Assembly (NCBI RefSeq): GCF_000281045.1
Contig: NW_008246073.1
Coordinates: 682,693 to 730,097 of the forward strand
Direction of reading: 5' to 3'
DNA length: 47,405 bases
From: Saprolegnia diclina VS20
Taxonomy: Eukaryota
The notes under the pieces were generated by a model. The model was given only the letters and a program-made list of their open reading frames with translations, ran no database searches and had not been told where the DNA came from. The translations under genes and the position numbers were made by a program. Below, one piece after another: positions 23,501-34,697 of the stretch. Every line of letters starts with the position of its first letter. Position 1 is the stretch's first letter.

Positions 23501-25146
23501 TTGGTGATCGTCCGGTGGTCGACAAAGCCCTTGGACGTCTTGGTGGTCACATTGTCGTGTTCGCGCAAGACGAGCATACGTCGGAACGTCGCCAGCGACA
23601 CGATTTGCTTCTCTGTGACAACCGCAAGTGCAAACTCGGTCCGGACATCAATGACGTTGGCCACGGGCTGCTTGCCCGAGCTCGCGAGCACCGACCGGAG
23701 ACTCGGGCGATTCATATCGACGGGCGGCGTCTTCGCAGCAGTGGTCGGTGCCGCCATCAATGCCGATGGCTTCCTCTCGACGTGCGTCGACGGCACGCGG
23801 AAGCGATACGACGTGCTTCGCCCAACGAGGAGCTTCTCGGTCTCCAAGCTGTAGCTGAGCAGGAGCGACTGGACCTTCTTATAGCACACCTTGTCGGACA
23901 TTCCGCACCGATCTCGAACTTGGGGAATCGTGAGGCCTTCGGGCGTCGCAGCGATGAGCGAGTAAATGTGCTCGAGCGGCCCGAGCTCGCAGCGCGGCGG
24001 GTGCGAGAGGCGGAACGCAGGCACGTCGGTGAGCGCGCCCACTGGCGGCTCGTACACCTTGACGCACCACAGCTTGCGCCCCGACGAGCGCTGGCCGGAC
24101 CGGCACGTGGCCATGAAGACTTGGACCGGGTACGTCGCGTCGCGCAGCATCTCTTGCACAATGTAGTTGCGGATCGTCTCTTGGAGCCGTTTGCTCCAGT
24201 TGAAGCGCTTGGCGATGTCGGCAAAGACGGCCGTCGACTCCTTGTGCGCGCGGAGCGACTGTAGCATGCGCGTGACCATCGAGCCCTTGTTGTAGAGCTC
24301 GTCTTCGAACGTCGCGCCTGGCGCTACCATGCTCGGTCGAAAGAGCGCTGCGTACCGCGTCAGATGGATCATGTTGAAGCGCTTGCTCTCGAGTAGGATG
24401 ATGCGCTTGACCACGAGCTTGCGCGCAATGAGGCCGTCGATGAGATGGTGGGCGCGCTTGACGTCGCTCTGCGCGAGGCTGCCGGCCAAGTCGGTGATCG
24501 CCAAGCCCTTCTCGCGTGTGTGCGCGACGCGCTCGAGGATGTCAATGTACACGGGGTTGAAATCCGACTCGGCGTACGAGATACCGAGCACCTTCAAGCG
24601 CAAATCTTCGTTCGCAATCGCAACGAGCGACACGTCGACGTAGGCGTCAATGAAGGCAAGCCCTCTGACGTCAACGTCGGGCTGCGTCTCGTACGGCATG
24701 GGCTGTCGCACCGGCGGCGGCGGCACCCTACGGTTCGGCGGCGCCTTGAATGGCACGGACGCCACTTCAATGTCGGACGCGCCGCCGCTGTACTCGGATG
24801 CGCTGTCGTCGCTGTCGCTCGTCTTGCGTCGCTTCTTGGCGGGCTTGGCCTTTGGCTTTGGAGGCACCTTGCGCTTCAAGCTGGGTACCACGACCTCGTG
24901 CTTGATCGGCACTCTAGATGCAGGCTCGATGCGATAGAACCGGATCGGCTGCTGCTCGTACGCGCCTTGGCGCAAGATGGACCAGCACGCGTCGCGGACA
25001 GCCGGATCCTTCGTCGGTTCGTACATGTCAAAGAGCTCGCGGATCGAGACGCCGTTGCGGCCGCCCAGCGCGATGCTCTCGTACAGCGTCGGCATGAGCC
25101 GCAGTACGCTCCAGCGCGCCTCTCTTGGTGCTTCGGTCCGTCCCAT
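20554..25146 (-). CDS. GTF3C1: General transcription factor IIIC subunit 1 (B-block-binding, GTF3C1/tau138-like), 1530-aa single ORF
   Basis: N-terminal ESIALGGRNG, B-block winged-helix segment ILERVAHTREKGLAITDLA...HHLIDGLIARKLVVKR..IHLTRY, VDHRTI, and C-terminal PWLQLDGSVN...YPGLSEAEL. The size matches the family. Confidence 0.85.
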   Translation of the reverse strand: MGRTEAPREARWSVLRLMPTLYESIALGGRNGVSIRELFDMYEPTKDPAVRDACWSILRQGAYEQQPIRFYRIEPASRVPIKHEVVVPSLKRKVPPKPKAKPAKKRRKTSDSDDSASEYSGGASDIEVASVPFKAPPNRRVPPPPVRQPMPYETQPDVDVRGLAFIDAYVDVSLVAIANEDLRLKVLGISYAESDFNPVYIDILERVAHTREKGLAITDLAGSLAQSDVKRAHHLIDGLIARKLVVKRIILLESKRFNMIHLTRYAALFRPSMVAPGATFEDELYNKGSMVTRMLQSLRAHKESTAVFADIAKRFNWSKRLQETIRNYIVQEMLRDATYPVQVFMATCRSGQRSSGRKLWCVKVYEPPVGALTDVPAFRLSHPPRCELGPLEHIYSLIAATPEGLTIPQVRDRCGMSDKVCYKKVQSLLLSYSLETEKLLVGRSTSYRFRVPSTHVERKPSALMAAPTTAAKTPPVDMNRPSLRSVLASSGKQPVANVIDVRTEFALAVVTEKQIVSLATFRRMLVLREHDNVTTKTSKGFVDHRTITKIFQGLVKKKAVVFLDVLVPSSDPRHRRKVRCVALTSAVAAPGQPAIRHFIETFAHEDVSDLGMLHNDDSMRIVVRDPLAAHKTPMTKTIVYNKSAHLSTQRLTVVLGQQNRRLGMAFGLACRTKLLHVAICEILMSLGLWDTTTPSPITFSLLQVMSRIPLSDFVHIFGSCERMTTAEETELTRVLRSDAPSWHDLSESVLSKITKNKWRRIRRLMDHLRDLRVVVQEAVTARASVVPAVFDDVDDMVLQASEDTITGGRFVLHRANMDVPVVHEAKRRDRVVLLDDTSFLRPVTFFKFKRVDENHELRVRHTFNSVADVNAFWDIVECISIERTRFELVGENGFASPCFVSPAMFVSANASYVRHAWIDRVAPKKLPVKRLKPIAPRQRRDERYSNHVASYVPKNVHRKRPVKVSAEPIRMKLKYPLMEATEEKALLLYFDELPSTWQIPVPVELRLPNEPKAVFRNPRLGRTKINYKAMCTKVGHARPMDLKRRLQSLMTNPVHKKRKRDMEAEMLSAKNPSGLFLEEMTVHQSPRLYACFVRAVQMMLEPNEVYNAKVADALFARWSTTELQMVWRYLWFSHMFVKATQKDLGHRRGFSLAPSTFDFLRLAPTLHPMPMCLEAADAAASLNGLDDVEADVPANTGAGHLAVLLSGAVTGAISLLPTFEADVQDVEPPRKKGHAKYSDGFVGHLVRFTKGQSPDLFDDKWSVTSKSRSEHDVSDIVYGLEDDEMDMVDDDDNMFDELDEAWECHCDVSHASLDACATLFETKLLRLLIEAGPLGVASSKLFKQYRPRYSTSQVVSRLASLVAATKVLEAHTFAELRYVAASEAALWQLRPYAVHDGAVRFDESQLPTTSRPWLQLDGSVNTTCLLVLKREAAMLAWRYPGLSEAELQRQFRGLLGLQDTRCLAFMLLDDGVLSCRATKIRTASLFSSNLPPAPVRGEYHMDRSEYVLRFFPTVSLVENLGSTMDDLFHN

Positions 25147-25621
25147 GGCCCACGCACGGTTGGGTCCGCAACCACTTGCACTTTTCGAAGTTCGCTGCTT
25201 CGACTCGGTTCAGACCACGAGCCACACGCCGCCTCGATAAAGTACGGTTATGCCTTCGAACTTCGATTTCCATTTTTGGCATCTTGCCGACAACGCGCCG
25301 ACGGCCTCGCAACCCACTGCGTCGACAAGGGTACTGTGGCCGGCGACTGCCTTCGCCATTGCTGCAGCTAGAGTATTGCACTCGACTGCGAATAGCGTCG
25401 ATGCTATCGGGATGGGCAATAAAACTCATTGGGACTTCCACCGCAACAGCTCAACGCTATCGCCATTGCACGTCACGCCCTTGTCCGTCCATCCAGTGGC
25501 GCAGCCTAGCCAGGCGTCGCCTCTACGAAGGCATGTGTTGCCTCGCAGTCGTTCACCGGCAGCGCCCACCAGCACGGTGCGCTGGCCACGGCAGTAAGCT
25601 CGGTGCGGCTGCTAGAGATGT

Positions 25622-28600
25622 ATGAGTCGCGTCATGCTGCATTGGCGTTGGAGGGTTGAGTGCAAGCTGCACCTTGTTGGGGGTTGCCACAGCGACAGTG
25701 GTTGCATGGTGCGAGCCCAACGCTTCAGAAGGTGCTCGCGACGGTTCAAGATCGCATGTCGCGCCACAAGGAGCGCGTCGAGGCGCGGCTCGCCGAGCGA
25801 TTCGGCATTCGAGATGCGCTCGAAGCGTCGGACGAGCAGCGCGCCATCAACGAGATGATCCAGCGCGTCGCAAAGATCGCCAGTGAAGACACGCTGCGTG
25901 AAGACGGTGGCACTTGAGGCCCATGTCTACCTTTACAATATCCAAAGCGTAGGCTTCTTCTTTCGCGACGGACAGTACATGGGCGCGCGCCGCTTCAAGG
26001 AGACGCCTGGCATGGTTCTCCGCGTCTTGGAGGGTCACACCGCAGCCGTGCGCGCCATCGGCATTGATGCCGACGTCCTCTTCACCTTTGGCATGGACGG
26101 GTACATGCGCCATTCGCTACGTGCTGCTGTACATCAATGGCTCTGTCTAGCGTCTGTGTGTGGGCACCGCATGCGCCGACACCGATCGCGCGACTGCCGC
26201 GACATACGCTCACAAGCGGCGCCTACCGCGTAACCGGCGCGGTCTCGGTGCGCAGTGTCGTCATGTGCTGCGCAGGCATGTCCCGCTCACTTGTGCGTGA
26301 TCATGATGTTGCATAGGACCAGCACCGTGGCGCTTGGAGCTCGTCAAGTCAACGCCAAATTGGGACTTGATCCCCGTGGCGACCGGCGTCTTTGGCCACG
26401 ACGGCGCGATCACATGCTGCAGCTTTAGCCCCAACGGCAATGTCTTTGTCACTGGCTCGCTCGACACGACGTGCGTTCTATGGGATCCCAGGTCGCTTCA
26501 AGTCCTCCAGATCCTGAATGCCCACGCCGGCGGCGTCGCAGCGTGTCACTTTGGCGCGCACGACGACGCATTCCTCTTGACCGCCGGCGCCCTCGACATG
26601 AGCATCAAGCGCTGGGATGTCTCCTTCTACACGCTTGGCGCATCATCCTCGTCGGCACAGACGCGCGATGTTCCGAGTGACGCGCCACTGAACGGCGATG
26701 GGCTCGAGACTGACACGGCACTACTAGCGCCACCAAGGACCCGTAGCGATGCTGCGAATTCAAAAAGCAACCTGAACGATACGTGCGTCCACTGGAAGCA
26801 AGGTGCTGAGACACATGCGAGCACCTCCACGGAGCTCCGACCTCCAATGACGGTCGCTTCAGCACCGTCAACCACGACAGAGATCGCGGTACCGACACCT
26901 GACGACGCATTCAAGCAGGACGGCAACGGGGTACCGCGCGCCACGCCGTTCGAAGCTGTGAGCTGGATGCAACTGCAAAGTCGATCGAGCATCTTTGCGT
27001 TTGCGCGCGTCGTGCACCCGACAGCACTGTGGAGCGACCGGCAAAAGTACAACCGGGCGCTCGACACGCTCTTCTCGCCGAATGTGACGCTCCAGACGCT
27101 AACGCTCGAGAACCACATTCCAGAATTTGCATTCAACGACGACTGGTGCTTCCACCGACCGCCGTCGTCGCTGCGCCTGCCGCCACTCCATGCCTTTGCG
27201 GTGGACGCGCATACGATGGACGTTCGCGAAGACGACGACGACCCGGCGACGCTCTCGGCACTCGAGCACATTGACATCTTGTCTCTTTTGAACCCGACGA
27301 CATCGGCGCGGCACCCGCACTGCGACGTCGTGGCCAACACGATGACGAGCCGCGTCACCTCCTTCTGCTTTGCGCATCACCGGTTAACCGCAGTCGATAG
27401 CGAGTACGTGCAACACTCGCACACGATCAACGGCCTCGCGCTATCGCCGGCTGGCGACTTTGTCATTTCCGTCGCGTCCGACCGCGCGATCAAAGTACGT
27501 TGAAAATACCGCCCTGTGTACAACCCGCAGTGCACGATTAGCGCTGGCACGCCCAGACAGGAGCCCATGAGGTGACGACGCGCGATGCGCATGCGCACCC
27601 GATCTTGTGCTGTGCGCTGGCAGCACATCCGAGTGACGTCAAGATCCAGTTTCTCGCAACTGGCAGCGCCGACGCCAGTGTCAAGATCTGGAACGTCAGC
27701 GACATGACAACTCTGTTTACGCTTTTGGGACACTACGACTCGGTGACGTCGCTGTCCTTTTCGCCGTCGCGTCACGCTTTGTATTCGACGTCGCTCGATA
27801 TGCGCGTCATCCTGTGGCAAATTGTCCCTACTGGTAGGTGCATTCCTACGCTGTAGATAGAACCACGAGGTGCGTAGTACCGGACGCACCGCGGCCACCG
27901 ACGATCGTTGCCGTGCACTGCCACGCGATCGAGATTGCATGGAGCGAGCCCCTCGTACAATACTATCAAGTTGATACTCTGCCCACGCGAACACCTTTAG
28001 GGCAACGGAGCACCGATATTACTGTACGAGATACGCACGTCGCGTGACCATGGGCCGTTCGAGGCGCCGATGCAAGTGCGTCCGGACGAGACTGTTTGCT
28101 GCATGGACGCCTTGGACCCGGGCATCGTCTATGCGTTTAGAGTCGCGGCGCGCAATCATGTCGGGGCCGGACCCGCTCTGACATCTTTTGAACTGCTACG
28201 TAGGTCGGACTCGGCGACTTTAGCGAGAGCTCGCCGCCGGTCGAGACTCACGCGTACCGTACGTGTTTTCTACGTCTCGTCTCGTACTTGGAGGTGGTAA
28301 TGCAGGGCCGTCCAAGGTGCAGAAACCGTGCGCGGTCGGGAGCGTCACAACGCACAGCGTCGTGCTCGAGTGGCTGCCCCCGCTCGCTAACGGGTCGCCC
28401 ATTTCGCACTACCACTTTTGCTGCGTACCCGAGGACACGCTTGGCACCGAGGACGTCATCCACGAGGTCATTCCCATGGACGCAATCGCGGGTCAGAGCC
28501 GTGCCGCGCGGGAAGCCGCCGAAGCTGGTGAGCGGTCATATTTCTGGTGGAGCGGCAGGGATCCCACATGGATAGCGTTTGTGCGCAAGCTCGAGGAGCG

Positions 28601-30262
28601 GGCCGAGCGCGACGCCGAGCGCGCCACGCGCTTGAAATCCAAAAAAGCGCTGGAAAAGAGTATGAAGTTGCAGCTCCAAGCCCGGGCGCGGCTCGAGAAG
28701 CAGCGTCGGCAGGTGCGAAGACCTTGGTACAACCCATCGTACTGAAATATGCATAGGAAGAGAAAGCGGTGCCGACAGCGCTGCTCAAGTACACGCTCAC
28801 GTGCGTCTTGCCCGGCACGATTTACCAGTTCCAGCTCGCTGCCGAGAACCGGTGCGCGCGTTGTGTGGAAAAATGTGGATCTGATATTTACATCCAGATG
28901 TGGTGTCGCCGACTTTTCGATTCCATCCATGTATATCAAAACCGAGTCGTGCGGTATACCTACCTGATGCTGTTGCAGTCGTGACTCGTATGGTCGCCGT
29001 TAGAGCCCAACGCGCCAGACCAGCCGACGCTCTCGCACATCACACCGACGACGGTCCAGCTGCATTGGCAACCGCCGCGCGCCAACGGCAGCGACGTCGT
29101 TCAGTACACACTGGAATGGCTCCACGATGGCGACACGACGAGCCTCGACGTGCTGGCACGAACACTGGCGACGCCCCACTATACGCTGAGTCCGCTCCGT
29201 CCCGGCAAGGTACCCCGTGTCTTTGCATTGTTAGGGGCATATGTGTCATAGGACGTCTGTGCTCGATTGCGGGCGTCCAACGTCATTGACAAGAAAGTGC
29301 GCACGTCCGAGTGGTCGCCGTGGTCGCCGACCGTCACGACGCTGCCGACAACGCCCAGCGCCGTCGCGCAGCCTCTTTTGCACCACCCGACATCGCACTC
29401 GATGCACGTAGCGTTCTCGGCGCCGTGCGACAACGGGTTTACGAATTTGTTGAACATTTGTGGACAAGTTGTCTTCGTTTTAGGCGACCGATAGAAGCAT
29501 ACCACGCGACACTGTGCGCGCAAGAGACGGCTTTCGGCGTCGTCTCGCACCGCTTGGTGCGGTCGTACGTCTGGCGCGATACAGCGACCTTTGCCATCGA
29601 GTTGGTCAAGCTCGACGCAGCGACGACGCATGTTGTCCGCATCGCCGCGGAGAACGTCCTCGGTGTCGGCGACTACAGCGCCTGGAGCTTGCCGTTGCGG
29701 ACCAAGACGGCGGTCGTTCCTGCGCCTGTGCCCGAGGTCGCGCACCGCCTTGACCTATATGTTACTAGCCTTCTCATGTAGGCCCCGACGCTCGACGAGG
29801 TGCAGCCCACGTGCGCGCGCCTCAATTGGCAAGTGCCGGTGCACAATGGTGGCTCTCCGCTTGTCGGCTACGTTGTCGAGTATACCATCGATGGCGGCGA
29901 GCGCATCTCGCTGCGCGTGCCCCGCGTGAGTCTCGACTTGCGCCTCGACTTTCTCAAGCCCAAGACAAATTATGTGCTTCGCGTCGCCGCCATCAATGCG
30001 GTCGGGACCAGTCCGTTCTCAATCGACTCGACACCGCTCTTGACGCCGAGTCTCGTCGAGTACACGCTGCGCACCTACTTTGCCAACCGGCCCGACGAGG
30101 AGCACGTGGCGGCTCGGTGTCTCCAGGTACACAGTTTTTGACGTCGTTATTGTCGTACGCTTTGCGTAGCGTTGTTATCGGGCTTCGGCGGCGCGCCAGG
30201 CGGCCAAGCAAGCGCATGCTGCGTACCTCTCGGCGTGGCTACGGTCCTGGAACCTCCTGTAG
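25622..30262 (+). CDS. WD40-repeat + fibronectin type III repeat protein with a C-terminal IQ-like motif; many introns, start uncertain
   Basis: WD40 segments GHDGAITCCSFSP..TGSLD..LWD, HAGGV..KRWD and ATGSADASVKIWN..GHYDSV. FN3 segments WLPPLANGSPISHY, YQFQLAAEN, WQVPVHNGGSPLVGY and YVLRVAAINAVGTSPFS. The last exon 30170..30262 (intron 30127..30169) gives AARCLQRCYRASAAR. Confidence 0.8.
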
Positions 30263-31149
30263 CCGCCGCTGTTCAACTAAAGAAACACTATACGGACTCT
30301 CTCAGGCGCACATGTTCAAGCTAGGTGTGCAAACATGGAGGAGCAAAGGGTCGAAATTAATGGAGGGTGGGGTGTTTGAGGAATCGGAGGTCCTCCCGTA
30401 GGGAGGTCAGAAATTAGTGAAGCCGCATTGTTCGTAAGACGTCCACGGTAATCTTTAGTAAAAGGCGAAAGATTAGTACGAGTAAACGCTTTACTGCGGA
30501 ATAATTGATCATTTGGATGTTTGGGCTATAGCTGCAAAAGAGGAGAAATCAAAACAAATCGATTGTTCACCACGTACTAGTACCAAATGAGGATGCCACG
30601 TGAAACGGCCGGTCGCAACCTGCTCGGTCGTTGCCGAAAGGAGCGCTGATCGCAACTCTGGCGTCCGAGCGTCTTTTGTCCACAACATTAGTGATCATGT
30701 ATCTCTCGGTACAGCAATCTTCCGTCCTTGAGCAATCACTGGGACCATCCTCCCACACTCATGACGTGGCACCACCTTGAGCCGCCAACGAATCCATTGC
30801 GGTCCATGATTGGCTCGTTTCTGGTCGCATGAGATGCTCTCACGCAGATGATGCTTGGTTTATGCAGCCGACTTCAAATTGAACATCGGCCACACGCCGG
30901 CTAAGCAGCAGTGTCAACGCTTGACGTAGCATCGCCTAGGCTACCTTAACCAAGTTGGTCCTTGACCGATGCAGATCGACGCAGTAGAAGCCAAGATTCA
31001 TTGAACGCGTCGAGCACAGCGTTTGGTCTGCCCTGCTCGAAATATGGTCCTTGCTGCCGGTGGGATGCGACTCGATGCGTCTTGCATTGCGCTCTTGCAT
31101 CCACGTGCCATGTAGTATTATATGCAGTTACATATACTATCTCATGCCG

Positions 31150-32757
31150 CTAGTTGGTGCGGTCGTGGCCCGTCGGCGTCTCGACAAAGCTGTAGACGTT
31201 GCTGGCCGCGATCGACGCCTCGACGCGCGACGCAATCAGCTGCTGGCCGCCAAAGAGCGGCTGCAAGTAGCGCGAGTCGACGCTGTTCCACTTGGTCGCA
31301 ACCTTCTTGGCGATCGACCCGTCCTCGGGCTCGATGAGCGCATCGTGCGCAGGGCGGCGCTGGCGCAGCTGGCTCGCCGCGTTATGCGTATCGTCGTCGA
31401 TCGACTGGAGAAAGCTAAACGACGGCCGCGAGACGGGGCTGCCGGGCGCGGTCTCGGCGTTCGCATGCGGCTTGTGCCCGAGCGCGGCGAGGAGCGGGCC
31501 CGTGAGACCGCCGAGCACGAGCGTCGTGAAGACCACAATGATGAGCGTCGTCGACACGATCAGCGGGCGGTGCGAGTGGCCATCGGCGTCGACAAACGAC
31601 CACGTCTTGACGAGCGCAAACGAGATCGCGCCGCGGAGACCCGCAAACCAAATCACAAACATGGTCGTGGGCGAGATGCGCTCGTGGGCGCGGCGCCAGA
31701 TGTTCGAGACTGCGAGGAGCGGTACGATGTTGAGGAGCCGACTGAGCAGTAGGAAGCCCATCGTGAAGCCAATGAACGTCCAGTCAATGTCATGCCACGT
31801 CATCCCGTCGTCCGTGTGCCCGGCAAAGACAAAGACGAGCGACGTGCCCATGAAGACAAACACCAGCGTCTCGCAGACAAACGAAAACGTGTGGAGGAGG
31901 TGCCGGAACGACTGCTGCCCGGGCAGCGACAGCGTATGAAAGTGGTAGTGCGCCGTAAGGATGCCAGAGAAGAAGAGCGCGACGATGCCCGAGAGGTGGA
32001 GACTCTCGGCGGCGTAGTACGTGAGCAAGCTAAAGATCAAGCAGAGCGAGATCTCGTACGCGGGGAAGAGGTGGAGGCGGCTAAAGAGGGCGCGGTTCAT
32101 GAGGAATGCACCGGCGAGCGTAATGGCCGCGCTCACGACGAGCGACCCGCCGAGCATTGCGAGCGTCGAGCCCAGCACCGAGCCCAGACCGGACGCCGAG
32201 AAGGTCGCGTCCGGCTTCCATTTGGAGAGCGTTTGGTACAAGGCAATCACGACCGCGTCGTTGAGGAGGCTTTCGCCAAAGACGATGTTGAAGAGGAGCG
32301 GCGGCGCGTTGAGCTTCTCAAAGCACGCAAGCGTCGCGACGGGGTCGACGGCCGAGATGAGCGCGCCAAAGAGGAACGACTCGATCCAGCTCAGAGGCGT
32401 GATGACGCCGTAGAGGCCGCCGACGTAAATGGCGCCGCCCGTGACGCCGGTCGCGATGAGTGTGCCCACGATGGCGGTCGACATGATCGCGCCGAGGTTC
32501 GAGAAGAAGTGGACGCGCTTGACCGAGAAGCCGGCTTCGTAGATGATGGGCGGCAACAGCACTTCGAAGAAGACGTTGTTGTTGAAGTTGAGGTGCTCGT
32601 CGTAGCTGTAGTTTTCGGCGACGACGAGGCAGCCGCCGGCAAAGACGCCAAAGAGGAGCGCGATCCCGCTCTGCGAGATGAAGGTTTGCGACGTTCCTTC
32701 GAGGAAGAAGGAGCCGATGACCAGGATCAGAAGAAACGAGAGGAGAAGGACTTCCAT
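31150..32757 (-). CDS. Na+/H+ exchanger (CPA1, NHE/NHX intracellular type)
   Basis: FFEVLLPPIIYEAG, FFSNLGAI, FGALISAVDPVATL, VFGESLLNDAV, LSGIVALFFSGI, ETLVFVFMG, WFAGLRGAISFAL. Single ORF with an ATG at 32757. Confidence 0.95.
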   Translation of the reverse strand: MEVLLLSFLLILVIGSFFLEGTSQTFISQSGIALLFGVFAGGCLVVAENYSYDEHLNFNNNVFFEVLLPPIIYEAGFSVKRVHFFSNLGAIMSTAIVGTLIATGVTGGAIYVGGLYGVITPLSWIESFLFGALISAVDPVATLACFEKLNAPPLLFNIVFGESLLNDAVVIALYQTLSKWKPDATFSASGLGSVLGSTLAMLGGSLVVSAAITLAGAFLMNRALFSRLHLFPAYEISLCLIFSLLTYYAAESLHLSGIVALFFSGILTAHYHFHTLSLPGQQSFRHLLHTFSFVCETLVFVFMGTSLVFVFAGHTDDGMTWHDIDWTFIGFTMGFLLLSRLLNIVPLLAVSNIWRRAHERISPTTMFVIWFAGLRGAISFALVKTWSFVDADGHSHRPLIVSTTLIIVVFTTLVLGGLTGPLLAALGHKPHANAETAPGSPVSRPSFSFLQSIDDDTHNAASQLRQRRPAHDALIEPEDGSIAKKVATKWNSVDSRYLQPLFGGQQLIASRVEASIAASNVYSFVETPTGHDRTN

Positions 32758-33653
32758 TTCTTCCACTCACACAGCATACAGGGCGATGGTCAGACTTGGC
32801 GGCGAGCGGACGACTAAGGCGAGCGTGGCAAGTGCGAGAATGACAGCGACCAGCCAGCCCCGCCAGCATTTCCCACACGTGAAGATCGAAGCTTTGCTAT
32901 TTTCACAGTTTCACACGACTTGTCACCTGCCAAAATCAGCGTTGGTCTGCATTTCACACGTGTGGAAATTCCACCACGAGGGTTTCGGGCATTGAAGGTC
33001 GGCATGTCGCAGCGCCACCTGGCCCCGGCGGAAACGTGGACCGAGATAAGATCGCGGCGACGGCAGCAGCATGGCCGAGCAGTACCTGCGCTGCATGCGC
33101 CGCACTGTCCGCTATATAATGATGCCCATATTGATGCATGAATGCGCAGTCGTGGCGCAGAGACTGTAGTCACCACGTGGCACGTTGCCGAGTCATCTTG
33201 AAAGATCGGTCCGATGGAGGTATCGCACATGGATGCAAGAAGAGCGCTAGAAGCGCCCGCGCTCCAGAAGAAGGACGATGTCTTCCTTGGCGATGCGTGT
33301 GCATCCAAAGGAGCTTCGGGTGGCAAGCCTGAAGCGACGGGGCGATAGCATGGAGGACAAAGCTGGTACCCATCAGGACGCATCAATATGCCAGCTGGAG
33401 TGGACGTGCTGGAACGTGATGTGGCCGGCGTGGGCCAGCGAGACTCACGCCGCCTTGTTTGGAGGCGCCAAAGCTGGCTTGCCCGACGGGTTACTACTGC
33501 AAGCGCCACCCAGCTCACCTTGTATGCGAGATGCAGGCGCAGATGCGATGCTTCGTCGGTCGAGATACGCTCCAGTCTCAGAACCACATTGCAGTTGGGC
33601 AAAGCCGCCTTTCCCATACAAACATCCAATCAAGCAAAAATATTCTAGTGAAA

Positions 33654-34697
33654 TCAACTGGACTGATTCGACGACGACTCGGCAGTGTGTTCAGCGAGCA
33701 CGGCGGCGACATCGTCGTCCTGGAGCGCCAGCGCGAGGTCCAGTGCGGTCTCGCCTTCGTTGCCAAGAATGCCAGCGTCGAGGCCGTTGGCCAAGAGAAG
33801 GGCCACGAGGTCCGGGTTCGAGCACCCAAACGCGGCCGTGTAGCCTTGCTCGTTCACCGCGTTGATGTGGAGGCCGTCCTTGGCGAGGAGCTTCGAGACG
33901 AGCTCGACATTGTCGTAGCACACGGCGATGTGCAGCGCCGTGTCGCCCGTCTCGGGCACGTGCGCGTTAATGTCGAGGGCCTCGTGCGTGAGCAGGAAGG
34001 TCGCAATGTCGTCCTTGCCATGGCATGCGAACGTCAGCGGCGTGTGCTGTTCGACGTCGGCGTCTTCGTCGTCGACGTTCTTGTACGCAAACGTCGCGTT
34101 GATCGTCTCCGGCGTCACGAGCAACTGGACAACGTCGACGTGGCACGCGTCGATCGCGCGGGCGAGAGCATGCATGCCATCGGTCTGGTGGTGCTGGCGC
34201 ACGTTGCGATCGGCGCCGGCGGCCAGGAGCGCGTTCACGAAGCTCAGCGACCCGCAGTTGGCCGCTTGCATGAGCAGCGTCCAGCCAAGGTCGTCCATCG
34301 CGTCCACTTGGTCCGGGCATTGGGCGACAAGGGCGAGTGCGAGCTTCTCAAAGCCGGCGAGGATCTCTTGCGCTTCGACGTCCATCTCCTTCATTTCGGC
34401 CGCGTGGTCCTCGAGGTCCTCATTGTCCTCGGCCGATTCAAGGTACGTTGTGAGTGACTCCATGACGCACTGGAACTCTTGCTGCCATTTGTGCAACCAG
34501 TTCATGAGGGCAACCAAGCTCTCGGCCGGCGATGCGGGCGCCAAGGCCGTGCGCAGCTGGTCCAAGTCGCCCGACTTGACGACCTCCAGGAGCAGCGCGC
34601 CAAGGCCATCGTCTTCGGCATCACCTTGGGCACCTGCAGCCATGAGGTGCTCGACAAGCACGTCCGACGGCTTGAGTTCCTCCGCGCCCTTGGCCAT
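33654..34697 (-). CDS. Ankyrin-repeat protein with an acidic N-terminal region
   Basis: GWTLLMQAA..LLAAGAD, HTPLTFAC, GDTALHIAV..VSKLL, GYTAA and GETALDLA. Likely ATG at 34697. Confidence 0.88.
   Translation of the reverse strand: MAKGAEELKPSDVLVEHLMAAGAQGDAEDDGLGALLLEVVKSGDLDQLRTALAPASPAESLVALMNWLHKWQQEFQCVMESLTTYLESAEDNEDLEDHAAEMKEMDVEAQEILAGFEKLALALVAQCPDQVDAMDDLGWTLLMQAANCGSLSFVNALLAAGADRNVRQHHQTDGMHALARAIDACHVDVVQLLVTPETINATFAYKNVDDEDADVEQHTPLTFACHGKDDIATFLLTHEALDINAHVPETGDTALHIAVCYDNVELVSKLLAKDGLHINAVNEQGYTAAFGCSNPDLVALLLANGLDAGILGNEGETALDLALALQDDDVAAVLAEHTAESSSNQSS

Noticed and set aside
32814..33629. 271-aa minus-strand ORF upstream of the exchanger
   Set aside because: Composition is not protein-like and no motif is present; more likely promoter/UTR sequence.
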